A DNA stretch of 63,400 nucleotides, counting the filler, from Octopus bimaculoides (lineage: Eukaryota), in NCBI RefSeq assembly GCF_001194135.2. It is 10 parts of 9 records of this genome, joined end to end, with 100 filler letters (N's around TTAATTAATTAA, not from the genome) between each part and the next. Parts side by side here need not be neighbours in the genome. Positions count along the whole stretch, not along the records: positions 10,774 to 20,146 come from NC_068990.1; positions 20,247 to 24,700 come from NW_026336948.1; positions 24,801 to 30,655 come from NC_068981.1; 7 more parts are not named here. One strand, 5' to 3'. The position numbers and the translations under genes were made by a program. Under the pieces are notes generated by a model. It was not told the origin of the DNA and searched no databases. It saw nothing but the letters and a program-made list of their open reading frames with translations. Position 1 is the stretch's first letter; the number at the start of each line of letters is the position of its first letter. Below are positions 14,268 to 27,817 of the stretch, piece by piece.

Positions 14268-15260
14268 TTATACAGATGCTTCTTCTTTAGCGTTTCTGTC
14301 ACCGTTTTCCATTTTTTTCTCCATAGTTATACATGTTCTTTCCTCTTTTCGGGCATTTAGTCTTCATATGTGGCCTCTCTCCCCGCATATGTAACAGTTT
14401 GGCTTCCTTCCTTCAACTACGACATTTAATGTCCTCTCATCCTCCACTTCAATCTGGTAGGGAATTTTTTCCATGTCCTCGAATGTGGCAAAAAGCCACA
14501 TTTCGAATCCAAATCCCCACCAGTTGAGCACTTTTGTTTCCGCCACTGGTCCCAATTCCGGATCCTCCTTGGTTACAGCCAGAACTGTTGCAACCAACCA
14601 CTCCGGTTTTATTTCTGGTAGTACTCTCGGAATTCTTATTCTCACACTTCTTCTTCCTCTATAACTTGGTAGTAATGCTATTTTTTGTGTTTTTAAAATG
14701 GTGGTCGCATGCTTGGTTGCCTCTTCTATGGTGGCAAACCTCACCTCTACCGTACCGAACTTTCTTCCTCTGCTGATGTACGTGACTTCATTCACAATTT
14801 TACCCAGGCACACCTCGATTTCTTCTTCCGTCACCATTTCAATTTTACTGGTCTCGACAGCCTATGTACGATACACAACTGTCCTCAGAATTTTATCTTC
14901 TTTAGTCTCTTTTTTTGTGTGGGGGGTGGGGTCAATTTGTATGAGTCTCCCTCTACTTCTATCAAATTCCTGCTTCTGGTCACCTCCTCCATATCTAGCT
15001 CGATCAACTTGGTTTCCAGCGGCACTGGCTTTTTCGCCGCAGCGGCCCTGGTGTAGCTCTCTATACTGGAGACGCTACCACTCGCCACAGGTGGGGAAAA
15101 AATGCAGCAGCTCGCGTGAAACGTTACAACAATAAATTCCACAAAAATCACAATTATTCACAGACAACTTACAGTAATTCACACAGTTTTCACAGAGTAA
15201 CACTGCAGTATTCACAATAATTCACCAATTTCATATGATACGAGATAATTCACAGAGACG
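14268..15260 (-). mobile_element. Decayed ORF1 (RRM-like plus CCHC zinc knuckle) and 5' UTR of a Tx1/L1-clade LINE
   Basis: SYTRAAAAKK N-terminal motif, GTVEVRFATIEEA RRM-like segment, and CYICGERGH-[frameshift]-KTKC knuckle. Two frameshifts and an internal stop. TGTGAA-rich 5' UTR at 15130-15255. Confidence 0.75.
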
Positions 15261-16181
15261 AAATACCGTTAAGTATTTCGCCCGGCGTTCTGACGTTTTT
15301 ATCAGCTCGCTGCTTTGCCCTTCCTAAATATTAAATCTAAAAACTTATCATGATGCATTCTATTTTTATACAATGCCTGAAAAGTTATTTTAGCACTTAT
15401 AAATACATTCTATAAAAAAAATGGATGCTGTTACAATGAGTCTAGTGGTAAGCAAGCTACATTTTTAAATAATTATTCTCCGTTGTACAATATTCTTCGA
15501 AATATTAAACTATACGATAATGTTACACAATGTTGAACTGTTATGTAGTGTAGTTCTAGTGCAATATGGTTCATTATGAGGTGCTATGATGTATTATCTA
15601 ACACTTTCTTCTTCTCGTCGCCATCTTAAAATAACGAGATACTGCATACAATAGTTTGGTTATATCGTGTTTATGAGGTAGCTTTCTAAAATTAAATTGA
15701 TATTCCAGCAATTTCAGTAACTCTTAGATTTTTTCTTCATTCTGAGAATTTAAAATTCCGGTTCAATGACAAAAGCAGACTCGGTATAAATTTGTTACAT
15801 ATTCATCACTACTTATCGTCGAAAATTGTCCTTGCATTAAAACAAAACTGCAGTACAGTACACTTACATACAACTCATTTATACACATATTAATAGACAT
15901 ACACACACTCATAGGATTACATGGAATATAATATTGCTTACACTTTTGTATAGGAGGAAGATGTGTGATAAACTGTGCGAATTAGTTTGCAATTGAAATT
16001 TGTTATTGAAACTTTATATAAAATACTTTATTGCATCAGGGAGAATTATTTCAATTGTATTTTGTGTTGTAATCTTAATGTTGTAAAAGTAAAAATAGAA
16101 GTAAATTGTAAACATGTAAAAAGTTATTGAAAAGAAACAGAAACGTGTAAAACAGGATTATCATACAATAACTACTACTAT

Positions 16182-16213
<32 letters not shown>

Positions 16214-16228
16214 ATAATAATAATAATA

Positions 16229-16278
<50 letters not shown>

Positions 16279-17487
16279 AATAATAATAATTTGAAAACAA
16301 ATTATTTCCTATGTAGAGTGAAACAGAATGGCTTCCTTGCAAATGTGGATTAAAATTATTACCATCAATCAGAGAATTCAGAAGAAAAAAAAAATTATCC
16401 ATTCAAAGAGAAATATAACTGAATCCCGTCTACACGAAAGTCAGTCTTACAGAAATTATTTAGTATGTTCTTATTCGTTGAACTTGCTTCTTAATAGGTT
16501 TTTCATTGATAGATTTTTACATTTTCTTATCGATTTAAATTTTTATAACTCACGCTTTCTTTACTTTTTACTCCTTTTGATTGCTTATAATTTTAATTTT
16601 AATTTTTAAAAAATATTTTTATATATTTGGTATATTTTTCTATGTTCATTACATTTTTATTGTATATATTTCTCTTTTTCCTATTCACTCTGTAATTAAA
16701 TTTCTTTCTTTATCTCTCTCTTTCTCTATATCTCTCCCTTTCTCTTCCCTTCTCTCTCGCTCTAAGCATTCCTCTACTTGTAATGATGTCAATATTGGAT
16801 GTTAAGAAGTTACAGTAATATTAGAAGAAAACAAAATATTAAAAAATCTCTATCATTAATAAGTGTACTTTGCTGTATTATAAAAAACGTGTAATTAGAA
16901 CGTGGAGGTATAGGTGTCCGTGACTATGCCCGTGTTTGTGTGTGTACATATATTTGTATACAACCCCACAAGTTTTGCAAATATGTATAATTGCTAACGC
17001 GACTACGCCCGGTCTTTATCCTCTTTTGATAAGGTGTTACTTTATTAATCCCTTATATTTTGTTGTTAACGTTGAAATTGAGAAAACAATAAATATTTTA
17101 AGACTTCCACGGTCTTATTGTTGCATGAAGAAGAATTTTTGTTTAGTTATGTAATGAAATACAGAACATCTTGAAATGCTGATGGTGCGAAAATATAGGG
17201 CTGATATAATAGAAAAGAATGTTATTAAATTAATAAAAAAGTGAAGTATTGGCAGGATCTTTAAAAGGTTGGTATTTTTTTAAATTTTTTGATCCTTCGT
17301 GTTCAGTCTTTAAAAATACCAAAGTCAGTTTTGTCTATCATATTTCACAGCTTGATTGAATACATTGTCAATCAATCACATTTAAATTTGACCTATGGTT
17401 AAAAAACAACAACAGCTATTGTTCTGTCCTACTGATTTTCCATTCTGCTGACCACATGCCAATATAACATTTTGGTCTTTTTCTCGC

Positions 17488-18064
17488 TTTACATGTTTCC
17501 GTGATTTGACTGTAGCCATGCTGGGGCACCACCTTCAAAGGTTTTAATCGAACAAATCGACCCAAGGATTTTTTAAAATCTAGTACTTATTCTATAGGGT
17601 CTTTTGCCGAACGACTATGTTACGGGAACGTAAACACACCAACACCAGTTGTCAAGCGGTGATGGGGGACAAACACAGACACTAAGACACACATAGGCAC
17701 CTACATATATATATATATANNNNNNNNNNNNNNNNNNNNNNNNNNNNNNNNNNNNNNNNNNNNNNNNNNNNNNNNNNNNNNNNNNNNNNNNNNNNNNNNN
17801 NNNNNNNNNNNNNNNNNNNNNNNNNNNNNNNNNNNNNNNNNNNNNNNNNNNNNNNNNNNNNNNNNNNNNNNNNNNNNNNNNNNNNNNNNNNNNNNNNNNN
17901 NNTATATATATATACGAATGGCTTCTTTCAGTTTTCGTCTACCAAGTCCACTCACAAGGTTGGCCCGACGCTATAGTAGAAGACACTTGTCCAAGGTAAC
18001 ACGCAGTGGGACTAAGTCCGGAACCATGTGGCTGGGAAACAAGTTTCTTACCACACAACCACGC
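17488..18064 (-). mobile_element. SINE family A copy (gap in its internal microsatellite)
   Basis: Tail at 17488-17700 and head at 17915-18064 match 24922-25305. Confidence 0.8.
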
Positions 18065-18189
18065 ACGTATAGATTTAGACGGCGGAGTGACAAGGCATAC
18101 TGTTCCTAAGCATTTTATCAGCTAAACACACACTCGACGTGACATCAAAGTAGTATTGATCAGATGTTTTAATATTACATAACTCAAAT

Positions 18190-18555
18190 TCCATCGAAGG
18201 CGACTTTGTCTTTTATTCTTTTGGGGTCGATAAAATAAGTATCATTTGAGCACTGGGTTTGATCTAATCAGCTAGCCCCCTTCCCCGAAATTACTGGTCT
18301 TTTGCCAAAATTTGTAACCAGTATTACATAAATCGAAGGCAGCAAGCTCACAGAATCGTTAGTAAGTCAGGTAAAATGCATAGCAGCTTTTCACTTGCTT
18401 TTACGTTCTGAGTTCAAATTCCTCTGAGATCGACTTTGCCATTCATCCTTTCAGGGTCGATAAGATAATACCAGTTGAGTACTGGATTCGATGCAATTGA
18501 CTTAGCCCCTCCCTCAAAATTGCTGGCATTGTCTCAAGATTTGAAACCATTATTA
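18190..18555 (+). mobile_element. Two tandem SINE family B copies (partial plus near full)
   Basis: aactcaaattccatcgaaggcgactttg and aaggcagcaagctcacagaatcgttag...gagttcaaattc match 27005-27215. Confidence 0.75.
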
Positions 18556-20246
18556 TTGTTAGTATTATTTAATAACAATTTCATTCGGCTCCATGCAGCT
18601 TAAAGTTTCGTAAAGTCGTAAAACAAACCTAGCTCATGAAGCTTAGGAAACCGAATGGAGGAAGTTTGAGATGGCTATTGGAGATTAGGCTGGTATTGTT
18701 CAAATAGGTCACTCGGTATTCATTCACTAAACAAGTGTCTAATTTAATAACCACTTGGAATAGTCTTTTAAGTCATTTTAACCCACTCAACTAGGGAGTT
18801 GTTTGCCGAAATGTATCATAGTGTTGTGGTCTTCTAGTATTTCTTTGAAAAATTTATCCCCGTACTGTTTGAAAATCAGGGATTTACTGGTTTCTTCTTT
18901 GATTTTTTCGGAATAATATTTTTTTCTTTCTGTCATGTAAATTTTGGAGAATTTTGAATCTTGAGAATATCTCCCCTTCCCAAATAGTGGATGCCACAGG
19001 CATCCTCTAGAGGCAGAGATAATTTTAATGAATCGGGAATTTATTTTATATGATTCTTGATTATAACTCGTATTTATCTGTTATTCTAACACATGCAACT
19101 GGTCAGTCTCAGTTATTTGCCTGAGCTCATTTCTGCATAAATCACATATGTATAAACAACGAAATTAGCTTAGATCTAAAGGCCAACAATATACAACGCA
19201 CCATCAATAAGAGCATCAGGATCAGCGTGGAACTATCCACGCCATACGATAGTGAATCAAAAAGGTTAAGGCTTTGTGTAAGATCTTTGTATAAGAATAC
19301 AGGAATGATTTTGTCTTTTATTCTTTTTATATCTAAGAACTTTACTAACTTACTGAATTGTTGATCCTGAAATTTTTCATTAAACGTAAGCAACTAGACC
19401 AGGTTATATTACTGAACTGGAAAACACCACTCTCTCTCTGGATTAAGCGTGCAGTCTCACAAACTTTCCTCGTTGAATTAATTACACCAGCCGTTTTAAT
19501 TCAGATTCTAATGTACCAAAGAGATGCAAATCATTCCCCGGTGTTTCCTCTTTTTTCTTTTTCCACATTTTTCTTTTACTACTTTTCCCGTCATTTCTTG
19601 TTCTTTCTCGATTTCTTCTGAAAGAGCAGCCATGCTGTATCTTGAGTCTGGATGATTACCTGAAAATACACAGCACGCTACACATGCTTGTCTGACCATT
19701 GTATTTTCAGAGGCAAAAAGTAATAGTAGCTCACATTTAAATACTGTGCATCCCTCACTTAATGGAGTACGTTTGTGATTTGTTGATGCCACCAACAACA
19801 AGCACTACACAATATATAAATAATTACACTTATCAAATGATTCCACTGCTGTAACAACCTATTTTGCTGCCCCTTGTTGTATGTGTGTATGTGTGAGTGT
19901 GTTTGTGTGTATGTATGTGTGCTAATGCATATTGGAAGTATTTTTAAAGTATGAATCTGTATGCTGGTATCTCTGTAGCATTATATTAGTTTCCATGTTA
20001 CTATTTATGTTTGACAACGATAGAAGCAATATGAGAACAAATATTGAGGGATTCGAAATATAGATACATAGGAGAAGGCTATAATAAAGGCATATTCACA
20101 CAAACACACATATACATTTGTATATATATGTATATATATACGTATANNNNNNNNNNNNNNNNNNNNNNNNNNNNNNNNNNNNNNNNNNNNTTAATTAATT
20201 AANNNNNNNNNNNNNNNNNNNNNNNNNNNNNNNNNNNNNNNNNNNN

Positions 20247-21422
20247 TTGAGTGGAGGCAATACGAGCGGAAAACTAGAGGAACATGACCTATTATCTAGC
20301 AGAATATTCAATATATATGCAAACTTCGACATTAATAAAGCGACATAAAGTTCAACTTAATAGAAGTATTAATAACATACAAACATAGACATATACATAC
20401 TTTTATAAAAGCCCGTAAATATCTAAAAATATTTAAAAGCATTTATAAATACATAGGCATTTTAAAAAATACATAAGTAAAATAAATACAATATATACAT
20501 ATAATAAGATATAAAAACGTCGATATCATATAAAACCTAGTGAATTATAAATTCACACGATATACTATAGAGGAATAAAAATTTAGAGGTCAGAACACAA
20601 GCACATAGAATATTTAGAAACAGTTAGATATTTAAAAATACATAAAATCATTTATAAATACATAGGCATTTTTAAATAGAAGACGTCGATATGAAATAAG
20701 ATAAAGTAAGTTATAAGTTTATAGGATATGTTATAAGGACTAAAGATTTCAAGTTACAACACAATGCGAGTGGAAAGTAGAAAGTCAGACATTTTAAAGC
20801 CTTATACGGACATACTAAAATTAGAGACAACGTTCAATGGATCCAAAAATTTCATTGACGGGCCGTTTCGGAGACGTGTCAGTTAATATGACATGAATTT
20901 CATATTTTAAAGGAACCAGACACTTCCCTCATTAAGATGCCCCACGACACGAAAGACACCATGAAGACAATACAAAAAAGGACAACTCACATAATCACGT
21001 TCCAGCGAATTCGGAAAATTTCTATATTTTTAAATATCTAACTGTTTTTAAATATTCTATGTGCTTGTGTTTTGACCTCTAAATTTTTATTCCTCTATAG
21101 TATATCGTGTGAATTTATAATTCACTAGGTTTTATATAATATCGACGTTTTTATATCTTATTATGTGTATATTTTGTATTTATTTTACTTAGATATTTTT
21201 AAAAATGCCTATGTATTTATAAATGTTTTTAAATATTTTTAGATATTTACGGGCTTATAAAAATATGTATATGTCTATATGCTTGTATGTATTAATACTT
21301 CTATTAAGTTGAGCTTTATGTCGCTTTTTTAATGTCGAAGCAAGTGTGCATATATATTGAATATTCTGCTAGATAGTAGGTCATGTTCCTCTAATTTTTC
21401 CGTTCGTATTGCCTCCACTCAA
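20247..21422. mobile_element. Foldback-type element with about 395-bp inverted arms
   Basis: 20247-20640 is the reverse complement of 21025-21422 with scattered substitutions (TTGAGTGGAGGCAATACG... / ...CGTATTGCCTCCACTCAA). The spacer re-uses a diverged piece of the arm. The left end abuts a gap, so no TSD is visible. Confidence 0.85.
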
Positions 21423-22037
21423 ATTATAAATTGGAACTTAGCTCAGTTTGAGCACTTCGATTCTAGCCTGTCTACGAGTATTGTTAATTGATAACAATAT
21501 CTATAAAATAGTATAATAGCATAATAAAATAGCAGTAATACCCATTGTTGATCAAGTAATTACTTTTACTCTTTCTCGGGAGCCACATTCAAAGTGTTAT
21601 TATATATATAGATTCACTCTTCCTGTATGTGTGCATTTTATAAGAAAAAAAACATGTAATAATTGAAGTAGAAAAAGGATCAATTTCATACATGAACTTC
21701 TGTTTGTTTATTATAGGACAATAATAAGTGAGTTGTATGCGTTATTTTATATATCAATACAGTAATGGCAATTATATAACACACAAGGCTTTGGTCGGCA
21801 CGGATCTGTAGTGAAACAGAATTACCCAACCTGCCGCACAGTGAGACTGAACCCAAGGCGACATGGTTGGAAAGCAGGCTTCTCAACCACACAGCCACGC
21901 CTATAAAGGAGAGGTAGATTTTGGATAATATACTCCTTGATATAATATGCTTAACAAAAAGATGGGATGTTTATGGCAAGAAAACCTTTGATTTTAATAT
22001 TTACTCGAGCAACGAAACAGCTAACGATACTACACCA

Positions 22038-22590
22038 TACAAAGTGTTCCAGAATTAACAATCCGTTTCAATGAAATTGAGCGAATTAAAAAAATAAAAA
22101 CTGACAGAATTTTATGTTTATTACCGAAACAAATAGATTTATAAATCTTACGTCAAACTTTTACTGAACATTTTCAACATGTCTGTATCCCTGCATACTT
22201 TAAATCTCTCCTTAGCGTTGTAAAACACATCTTGGAGCATTTCAGGAGTTAGCTCCTGCACTACTAACTGAATGTGTTCATTAAGCTCCGCTAAACGATT
22301 GCTCCATCATAGGGATGTGAGTCACCAGAACAGTTTTTTTTTTGTATGAACATTTTGCATTATATAGTTCAGACATGGATGACATAAAAAGCAGACATAC
22401 TGCCGGGCAATGCTGTGTTGCGCAGGATTGGAAACGTGAAACATCAACAGGGAACTTCTGGAGAATGGATGAATGGGTTTGTTGTGCCTTTACCCAGTCG
22501 CGCACACACGCACATGACCCGGTGGTGCGCAGAATGGTAACATGAAGCTGTGTCTTTTGTATGATTCGTGTCATGACACCCGCACTGGAG
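22038..22590 (-). mobile_element. Decayed Tc1/mariner transposase 3' remnant
   Basis: TA-CAAAGTGTTCCAG TIR-like end. C-terminal LAELNEHIQLVVQELTPEMLQDVFYNAKERFKVC and an upstream HSAHHRVMCVCARLG segment resemble Tc1-type transposases. Confidence 0.55.
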
Positions 22591-24657
22591 AGATCGATAG
22601 ATACATAGGTAGATAGATAAATAGGTAGGCAGAGAGAGAGAAAAGAAATTGATATCAATACTTGAGTTATTATTTATCGATCCAAGAAAAAGACGAAAGG
22701 GAAAGCTGACGTCAACGTGATATGAACTCATAGCTTAGAGAGGAAAAGCAAAGCCTGGTAACCAGTCCGACACTCTAATGACTACACCAATTTGCTGCCG
22801 TTACAATAGATATGGTTGTTGACGCTTTAACTTTCTGAATTTCTCTTAAATCCCAACATCTCTAACAATATTTCATATATGAAACTAGAAGAATTTAGTC
22901 TTGTTTGTCTCTTAAACATGACTGTTGTAGAATATATAAAGAAAGAATGTTGGAGAAAAGATAAGCGTCATAGTTTGAGTGGAGTTATTTAGAACGAGTT
23001 TATTAGGAAACTATAACGCCATTCTCAATATTTTATAACCACCGACTTTTGAAGTTTGTTGAACAAAAGAACATTTTCATCAGTTTTTATCGCGGCTTTT
23101 ATGATCAAACAATGTATGTCTGTCGATCACAACTTCACCACACGTCTTCCAGACAATGGAAGCACTATTAAAGTTACATAAAATTTCACAACGAAGTTCT
23201 GTAGCAATGTTTGAAAAGTCTTTGTCATACTGGCAGAATTTAAAATTGTCTTTGGCAAAAACACAAATAGAAGCAGACTACAATGGAGAAAATTAAAAGA
23301 GAAAAAGAAAGAAAAAAAAATTGATTGGCTTCAACCATGAAATTTCATGCAATTTTGCTTAAAATGAACAACGAGTCAACCAGTTGAAGTAGACATTGTA
23401 AAGAACAAAGGGGTGGATAAATGGAAGTTTCTGACAGCGAATGTGTGCGCGTGAGCGTTTGNNNNNNNNNNNNNNNNNNNNNNNNNNNNNNNNNNNNNNN
23501 NNNNNNNNNNNNNNNNNNNNNNNNNNNNNNNNNNNNNNNNNNNNNNNNNNNNNNNNNNNNNNNNNNNNNNNNNNNNNNNNNNNNNNNNNNNNNNNNNNNN
23601 NNNNNNNNNNNNNNNNNNNNNNNNNNNNNNNNNNNNNNNNNNNNNNNNNNNNNNNNNNNNNNNNNNNNNNNNNNNNNNNNNNNNNNNNNNNNNNNNNNNN
23701 NNNNNNNNNNNNNNNNNNNNNNNNNNNNNNNNNNNNNNNNNNNNNNNNNNNNNNNNNNNNNNNNNNNNNNNNNNNNNNNNNNNNNNNNNNNNNNNNNNNN
23801 NNNNNNNNNNNNNNNNNNNNNNNNNNNNNNNNNNNNNNNNNNNNNNNNNNNNNNNNNNNNNNNNNNNNNNNNNNNNNNNNNNNNNNNNNNNNNNNNNNNN
23901 NNNNNNNNNNNNNNNNNNNNNNNNNNNNNNNNNNNNNNNNNNNNNNNNNNNNNNNNNNNNNNNNNNNNNNNNNNNNNNNNNNNNNNNNNNNNNNNNNNNN
24001 NNNNNNNNNNNNNNNNNNNNNNNNNNNNNNNNNNNNNNNNNNNNNNNNNNNNNNNNNNNNNNNNNNNNNNNNNNNNNNNNNNNNNNNNNNNNNNNNNNNN
24101 NNNNNNNNNNNNNNNNNNNNNNNNNNNNNNNNNNNNNNNNNNNNNNNNNNNNNNNNNNNNNNNNATATATATATATATACATACACATACATACACACAC
24201 ATATATGTGTGTATATGTATATGTATAAAATATTGTTCTGTTATACGGATTTCTAACATTTCTCCGTTGTGATATCGAAGTAAGATCAAAAAGAGTCATA
24301 TACGCAGTCTGGTTTCAGTTGCCTGTTGGAATTTCTTTTCTAGAAACTTGATGGCGATAATGGATCCTCCGTCGCTTTCGACGGTGAGTATTCAGTCGTT
24401 CGATTAGCCAATTCATCTCCTCGTTAAATTAATGAAGACATGATTGTTGTGAATATAAAGCTCAGGTCGAAACAACGTGATAGAATATGTGACAAGATTG
24501 GACTGCTGAATTACAGGTGCTACTCATTCAAACGATCTGCCATGGTTTCCATCTTCTCAATGCCACTGTAAGGCCTGGGAAGACCGAGGTCTACCAAAGA
24601 TGCTTGCAGTGGGATAAAACCGGGACTTAATGATCGTTGGAAATCTGCTGCCTTGAA

Positions 24658-24700
<43 letters not shown>

Positions 24701-24921
24701 NNNNNNNNNNNNNNNNNNNNNNNNNNNNNNNNNNNNNNNNNNNNTTAATTAATTAANNNNNNNNNNNNNNNNNNNNNNNNNNNNNNNNNNNNNNNNNNNN
24801 TATATATACATATTTTACATACATATATATACATATATATATGTCTGTGTATGTATACATATATCAATAGATAGATACGCATGCATAAGTACACACACAC
24901 ATACATAAATACATGCATACA

Positions 24922-25305
24922 CTTTTACTCTTTTACTTGTTTCAGTCATTTGACTGCGGCCATGCTGCAGCACCGCTTTTAGTCGAGCAAATCGACCCCA
25001 GGGCTTATTCTTTGTAAACCTAGTATTTATTCTATCGGTCTCTTTTGCCGAACTGCTAAGTCACGGGGACGTAAACACATCAAGCGATGTTGGGGGAGAA
25101 ACACAGACACACACAAACACACATATATATATACATATACATATATACGACGGGCTTCTTTCAGTTTCCGTCTACCAAATCCACTCACAAGGTTTTGGTC
25201 GGCCCGAGGCTATAGTAGAAGACACTTGCTCAAGGTGCCACGCAGTGGGACTGAACCCGGAACCATGTGGCTGGTAAGCAAGCTACTTACCACACAGCCA
25301 CTCCT
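24922..25305 (-). mobile_element. tRNA-derived SINE family A, best-preserved copy (head - internal microsatellite - tail)
   Basis: Minus strand reads GGAGTGGCTGTGTGG (A box) ... GGTTCAGTCCC (B-box-like) ... CCTTGAGCAAGTG core-like segment, then (TA/TG)n at about 25110-25148, then tail ...GCGGTGCTGCAGCATGGCCGCAGTCAAATGACTGAAACAAGTAAAAGAG. Confidence 0.85.
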
Positions 25306-25423
25306 ATATATATATATTTAATGTATTTATCAAAATGTCTCAATACATATTAAAGCGCTTCTAATAGTTTCATATGTTGAAAAAATTCAAACATATTCTT
25401 CAGGCGCATACAGCATATCATAA

Positions 25424-25489
<66 letters not shown>

Positions 25490-26239
25490 GCAAATAAAAT
25501 TGTCAGTCTGTATACCCAAATTTTTGACTTCCTCACATTTCAATTCCATTTCGGGACTGCGAACCGAGTTGAATTTCATTTCTTTTACCGAAACAATAAA
25601 TAAATAAACACACCTTCCTTGCTCCACTGAACTGTGACACATTATTTCATCCGCCACTGCCATCACCTAAATCCTTCCTTCCTCACACCAATATATCCCA
25701 TTCCCCATCCTCAAACGAAATATTCTGTTCTGTCTTTTAGAACAAATTCCTCCAGGAATTCCATATTTCTCTCTCATGTTTCCATTCAAAGAACGCTATG
25801 TTCTAATTCACATTGAACATTAATCAGACCAACTTCCAAATGTCTTCTCTACCCCGTCCCCAAATTCACTGACCTGAAAAACCTTAAACACCCTAATAAT
25901 TTCCGTCCGTGGCACCAATGCCAATAATTCCAGGAATAAGGAACGAGACAAGGGAGGGGGTGGGTGTGTTACAGTCGATTGTAACATTCCAATACTTCGC
26001 CGTTATTTGTGTTTATCGAATCTGTCTGAAACAGAAATTGATATTGGAACAAAATAAATGTAACGAAATACCACAAGACATTTAGTCCGGCAAGACATTT
26101 GGTCCGGCATTTCATAGGGTTTGAATCATTCGCCTGGCCACAGAACCGCTTAAAAGGTGCTAGCCACCCATTTTTCTGCACAACGGAACAGTATTTGGGT
26201 GGTGCCATTTGCATGAACCCCGGACGATTGGAAGAGAAA

Positions 26240-26790
26240 ATCAACCCAGGTGATATTTGAACTCAGACAGGAAACGTCTAAATGCCGGCATTCTATAGCT
26301 TCTGATACCTATAAGCCATTTTAAAACTTCCAGTTAATGATTTCTGTTTTAGGTAGAACGGTAGCTGTTTTGAGGGGAGGGGTTAATCGACTTTGCCCTA
26401 CCGAATACTTGACCAATATTTACCTCATCAGTCTCGATCGAAAAGATGAAAAAATAAAGCTTAACTCGATGGGGTTTGAACTCAGAATGTAGACAAGTGG
26501 AACAAATACCGAAAGGAATTTTTCCCGATGCTCTGTCGATTCGCCCAATCTAAAACCTTTAAATCAACAACTAACGGTTTTTAATTTAGGTACAAGGTCA
26601 ACAGTTTTAAAGGATGGGGTTAATCGATACCATCAGCCCCAGTATTTGATTGATAATTTCTATAATCAATCTCGGGTAGTAATAAAGGGAAAAATTAATA
26701 TCGGCGGGATTTGAACACGAAACTAGCAATAAATAAATAAAAAGAAATCTAAATAACCAACTCGCTTTTCTTTCCGACGCCACTTTAAAC
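26240..26790 (-). mobile_element. Cluster of diverged SINE family B copies
   Basis: Three tttgaac(t/a)c B-box reverse complements, plus ggggttaatcga segments. Confidence 0.55.
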
Positions 26791-27004
26791 TTTATCGTGT
26801 TGTTCTCAACTCTAATCAATATCATCGATAAATTTTGGTGATTGATTTCTTGTCTAGTTTATTGAATATTGTCTTTATTTATTGAACTCGTCATTTTGAG
26901 AAAAAACGTGTAAAATTCTGCACAGTCTATATGAAATATTTCCATTACTACCGAGAAATAAAAGCAAACTGAGAGGAATTGACTCAATATAGTTCCGGTT
27001 TAAA

Positions 27005-27215
27005 GGCGTCGAGCTGGCAGAAACGTTAGCACGGCGAGCGAAATGTGTAGCAGTATTTCGTCTGTCTTTACATTCTGAGTTCAAATTCCGCCGAGGTCGA
27101 CTTTGCCTTTCATCCTTTCGCGGTCGATAGATTAAGTACCAGTTACGTACTAGGGTTTATCTAAACAACTGGCCCCATCCCTCAAAATGTCGGCCTTGTG
27201 CTTAGAGCAGAAAAG
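27005..27215 (+). mobile_element. SINE family B, full-length, with 19-bp TSD
   Basis: GGCGTCGAGCTGGCAGAAACGTTAG (A-box-like) ... GAGTTCAAATTC (B box) ... AGAAAAG, flanked by AATATAGTTCCGGTTTAAA at 26986-27004 and 27216-27234. Confidence 0.9.
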
Positions 27216-27439
27216 AATATAGTTCCGGTTTAAATGGTCTGAAGTATTGAATTATGTTCCTTTTCATTCGAATTTCTAATAACAACCAGTATCAATTGAT
27301 TTGGTTTCCTCTTCAGAATCACTGAAATAAATAAGCAGCAATTTGTTGATGACAAATGGATTGAGTAAAATCGTGCAACCACGGCGAGATATCGAGGTAG
27401 GCTCGATTGGGTACAACGCAACCACAATAGAATAATGAG

Positions 27440-27508
27440 CACGTGCCCTCAAAATATAGATTCGACATGCGTGTGCCCTCAAAATATAGATTCGACAAGT
27501 GTGCCCCA
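27440..27508 (+). repeat. Short tandem duplication (about 30-bp unit, 2 copies plus a partial)
   Basis: gtgccctcaaaatatagattcgaca occurs twice, followed by gtgtgcccc. Confidence 0.8.
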
Positions 27509-27817
27509 TCAGCAAAAAATGGATGAGTGGAATGAACATAACACCACTTCCACAGAAATGTATTTTGAAATTCTATCAACGTCGCCTTTGTCCTCTGTCC
27601 CTCTACGTTCGCGTGTCAAGTACACTTGAATCACAGTCTTAAAGAAAGGAAGAACACATTTAGATAATGTAGTCTGAGATAGACTTTGAGAGAAAACCAA
27701 AAACCAGATGGTAAACCGTTTTGTAGCTATATTTCTGTTGAAATTTACTGCCCTTCTTCTTCTTTCATAATGAAATTATTAACTTACTGTTTAACTTTCA
27801 TCGTTTCTTTTTCGTTT

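Noticed and set aside
18560-19700. Possible ancient LINE coding remnant
   Set aside because: No diagnostic motif could be read with confidence.
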